DNA of 64,000 nucleotides from Zancudomyces culisetae HAW-14-8 (lineage: Eukaryota > Fungi > Kickxellomycota). This document shows positions 61,006 through 64,000 of this stretch, piece after piece (the first letter of the stretch is position 1; every line of letters starts with the position of its first letter). Made by a program: the position numbers and the translations under genes. The notes beneath the pieces are model-generated. The model made no database searches, was not told the origin of the DNA, and saw only the letters and a program-made list of their open reading frames with translations. Location: positions 1,984,001 through 2,048,000 of the forward strand of contig JBNJNM010000006.1 of assembly GCA_052426225.1 (NCBI GenBank), written 5' to 3'.

Positions 61006-64000
61006 ATGTATTTGAGGTTACGAGGTAATTTACTATACCATAACAACAATCTTTCCAAAAAAAAAAAAAAGAAATTTAGACAATACTGGAGCATTTTTAT
61101 AACAACTAAGAGTAAATATGAATAAATGTAGATTTGATAAGAGCGGTTAGATGTGCTCGAACAGCAGCTGATGAGCGCTCGGTGATACAGAAAGAACTTG
61201 CATACGTCAGAACATCGTTGAAGGAGACGAATTCGCAAGATGTGCGGTTCACCAACATCCAAAAGCTGCTGTATATATATTTGCTGGGGTACCCGGTGCA
61301 GTTTGGACAGTTGGAGTGTCTGAAGTTGGTGGCCAGCAGCCGATATTCTGACAAGCGAGTGGGATATCTTGGAGTGATGATGTTGATGGACGAAAAGAAC
61401 GAGATTATTACCCTGTTGACAAATTGTGTGAAAAAGTAAGTAGGTTTAATAATTATCACGAAATAGCAAAAAGAATAAATAAATAAAAAGAAGAGAAGCC
61501 AGAATAATAATAACTGGTATTGGAAATAATAGCGATTTGCAGAGTACAGACGACTATATAGTTGCACTTGCACTGTGTACACTGTCGGTTCTGGGGACCG
61601 AGGAAATAGCGCGAGACTTGATAGATGATGTGTTGAGACTGATCGGATCGTCGCGGTCGTTTATTCGCAAGAAAGCGGTGCTTACGGGACTCCGATTGGT
61701 GCACCGAGTGCCAGAAAGTCGCGAATTGTTTTTGAACCGGGCACGACAGTTGTTGGGAGACAAGAGCCATGGGGTGCAGCTGGGAATAACAGCGATAGTG
61801 GTTGAGATCTTGCAGCAGGAGCCAGAGCATTTAGAAAAGGTGCGCAAGTTGGTGCCGATAATAGTGCGGCAGTTGCGGGGGTTGTTGGGAGCAGGAGCGG
61901 TTGAGTACGATGTTGGCGGACTCAACGATCCGTTTTTGCAGGTAGGATTGTTGCGGCTATTGAGGGTGCTTGGGACAAATTCGGAACGAGTTGCAGAGGA
62001 AATCAACGATGTATTGACGCAGGTTCTGACGCAAACAGAAGAGAGTAAAAATGTAGGAACGGCGGTGTTGTACGAATGCGTGCGAGTGGTTCTGGCAGTG
62101 CCATCGGAAAAGTCACTGCGAGTGCTGGCAATCAATTTGTTGGGCAAGTTTTTGGAGCATCGAGAGAACAATGTGCGGTATGTGGCGCTAACGATGTTGC
62201 AGCAGGCAGTTGCAACAGAAGCAACAGCCGTACAGAGAGTGCAAGCGACGGTTGTGCAGTGTTTGCAGGACGACGATGTGAGTATTCGACGATTGGCGTT
62301 GGATTTGACGTTTGCACTGATTGGTAGAAACAATGTGCAAAAGCTGACAGCCAAGCTGATAGCAATGCTGCCTACGGTTGATGCTGAACTACGAGCAGGA
62401 ATGACTCACAAGTTATTTGCTGTAGCAGCGGTATTTGCGCCCTCGCCAAAATGGGCGCTGGAGACAATGTTGCAAACGCTGTATCTAGCAGGCACAGATG
62501 TCATGGATGAGGACATGTTCCGGCTTATCAACGATGTAGCTAGCAGGGATAGCAGCGATGGATCGCAGGCATATGCAGCGCGCGTAGGATATGCCGGGTT
62601 GGTGCGAAGACTTGATGTGCTGGGAGGTAGCCGTGGGCTTAGCGGCGACGACAAATTTGTATTGGCAGCAACGTGGCTGTTGGGAGAGTATGGCGATTTA
62701 GTATCAGAGTCGGCAGGGACATCGTTCTTGGCGGCAGATGATGTAAACGCGTTTATGTTGGGATCGGTTGAACCTCTGATGCTGGAAACGCCACAAATTG
62801 CACAGATCGTTGAAGTGTTACAGCAGATTGGCAACGGACCAGCACCAGCATCGTCCCTGGCGCTTACTTCGCTAGCCAAGTTGCAAGGTCGTGGGCTGGG
62901 AGCCGCATCAGTGCGTGGGCAAATAGTAGACACGTTTGTTGTCCACACCAAGGATTTCAACGTCGAAAACCAAACACGGGCGCTGCAGTACCGGTCTATG
63001 CTTGACAACCATGGTGAAAATGATGTGGTGCAGCGGGTGGTTGAGCGTATGCCGCCGCCCAAAGCACAGATGCCAAAACTGACTGCGAACATTTTGAATC
63101 CAGTGCTGGGCACGTTGGGGTCGATTGCTGATGCCCAGCATGTTGGTGTGGACGGCGAGTTGTCGCCTCTGTCTTCTGAAGAAAGCAGTCGCACCCACAG
63201 GGATAAGCACACGTCTGTAGTTGATGATTTGCTGGGGCTGATGACCACCACTGCGCCCATATCTTCTTCCGCTTCCCAGCCCCAAAATCCTCTTGCCGAT
63301 TTGTTGTCTGATTTGTCATCACTCAATGTCAATGCTACTCAATCTGCCCACGTCTCATCTTCAATACAACCAACAACAACAACAACAACAACAAAATCAC
63401 CATTAACAACAACAAATGCTGTTCATCGTGACTTGTTTTCACTCGCCTCACACCAACCAACAACAACAACAACAGCTCAATCTCCTCTTCCAATCTCTTC
63501 TCCAAACCCACACTCTGCCCCAACCACCTCTACCATATCCAACAACAACATCTTTGGCCTTGGAAACACTGCTTCTGCCAATAACATTGCTGACACTCTC
63601 GCTGCTTCTCATGATGACCCGATCCCTGTAAACAAGCGGTATTCGATTTATTCCAAAAACCATCTCACTGTCCATATGCTGCCCTCAAAACAATCTCCAT
63701 CAGATACTTCCATCGACATTCTTGTAACTTTTGCTCTTGATTCCAATTCCACTACCACTACCACTACAAAAATCTCAAATTTGGTATTCCAGGCTGCCGT
63801 GCCCAAATCCCAAAAACTACAAATGTTTCCTCCATCCGCCAATGCACTAGACTCGTCATCTCCATCCTCAGTTGTTACCCAGGCCATCAAGATTGCAAAC
63901 CCTTCCCGTGTACCTATCAGGCTGCGCCTTCGCCTGTCGTTTGACTTGGAAACGGTTTCTATGGATGGTAACAGCGAGAGTCGTCGTGTTGTTGATACAT
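61006..64000 (+). CDS. APL4: AP-1 complex gamma adaptin (3' end beyond window), 3 exons
   Basis: [46 protein letters not shown]; Thr/Ser-rich hinge; ear motif [13 protein letters not shown]. Exons 61006-61024, 61132-61435 and 61533 to the window end, where the frame is still open. Confidence 0.95.

Noticed and set aside
61554-63890. Long minus-strand ORFs (266 aa, 308 aa and others), and similar antisense ORFs within ECM29 and ELP1
   Set aside because: Antisense shadows of well-supported genes on the opposite strand.

Overview
Eukaryotic, AT-rich, intron-containing genomic DNA, almost certainly fungal. An early-diverging fungal lineage is an inference from gene content and divergence, not a certain assignment. 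About 19 protein-coding genes are supported, many reconstructed by hand across GT-AG introns that the ORF track splits: a partial WW-WW protein, ECM29, an OPT transporter, an Nrg1-like C2H2 factor, SEC63, an SSS-family transporter, a HemK/PrmC methyltransferase, a small coiled-coil protein, ELP1, LSM2, NDUFB10, a Kelch-BTB protein, a phosducin-like protein, a secreted cationic repeat protein, an F-box/LRR protein, a DFGDF-motif protein, an MFS transporter, a METTL21-like methyltransferase, fimbrin, and a partial AP-1 gamma adaptin. The most striking non-coding structure is at 2.8-6.3 kb: two ~630-bp near-identical inverted repeats, each carrying an outward-facing tRNA-Ser(GCT)/tRNA-Val(TAC) dimer with a 3-nt spacer, flank a 2.2-kb gene-free AT-rich core. 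This resembles inverted-repeat regional centromeres (hypothesis only). Other points of interest: structured snoRNA-like RNAs at 1.8-2.4 kb, a sawtooth G/C strand skew that ignores gene orientation, a GC-AG intron gene whose stop overlaps ELP1, a heavily base-paired LSM2 intron, and a secreted protein with a mirror-symmetric Cys/Arg motif.
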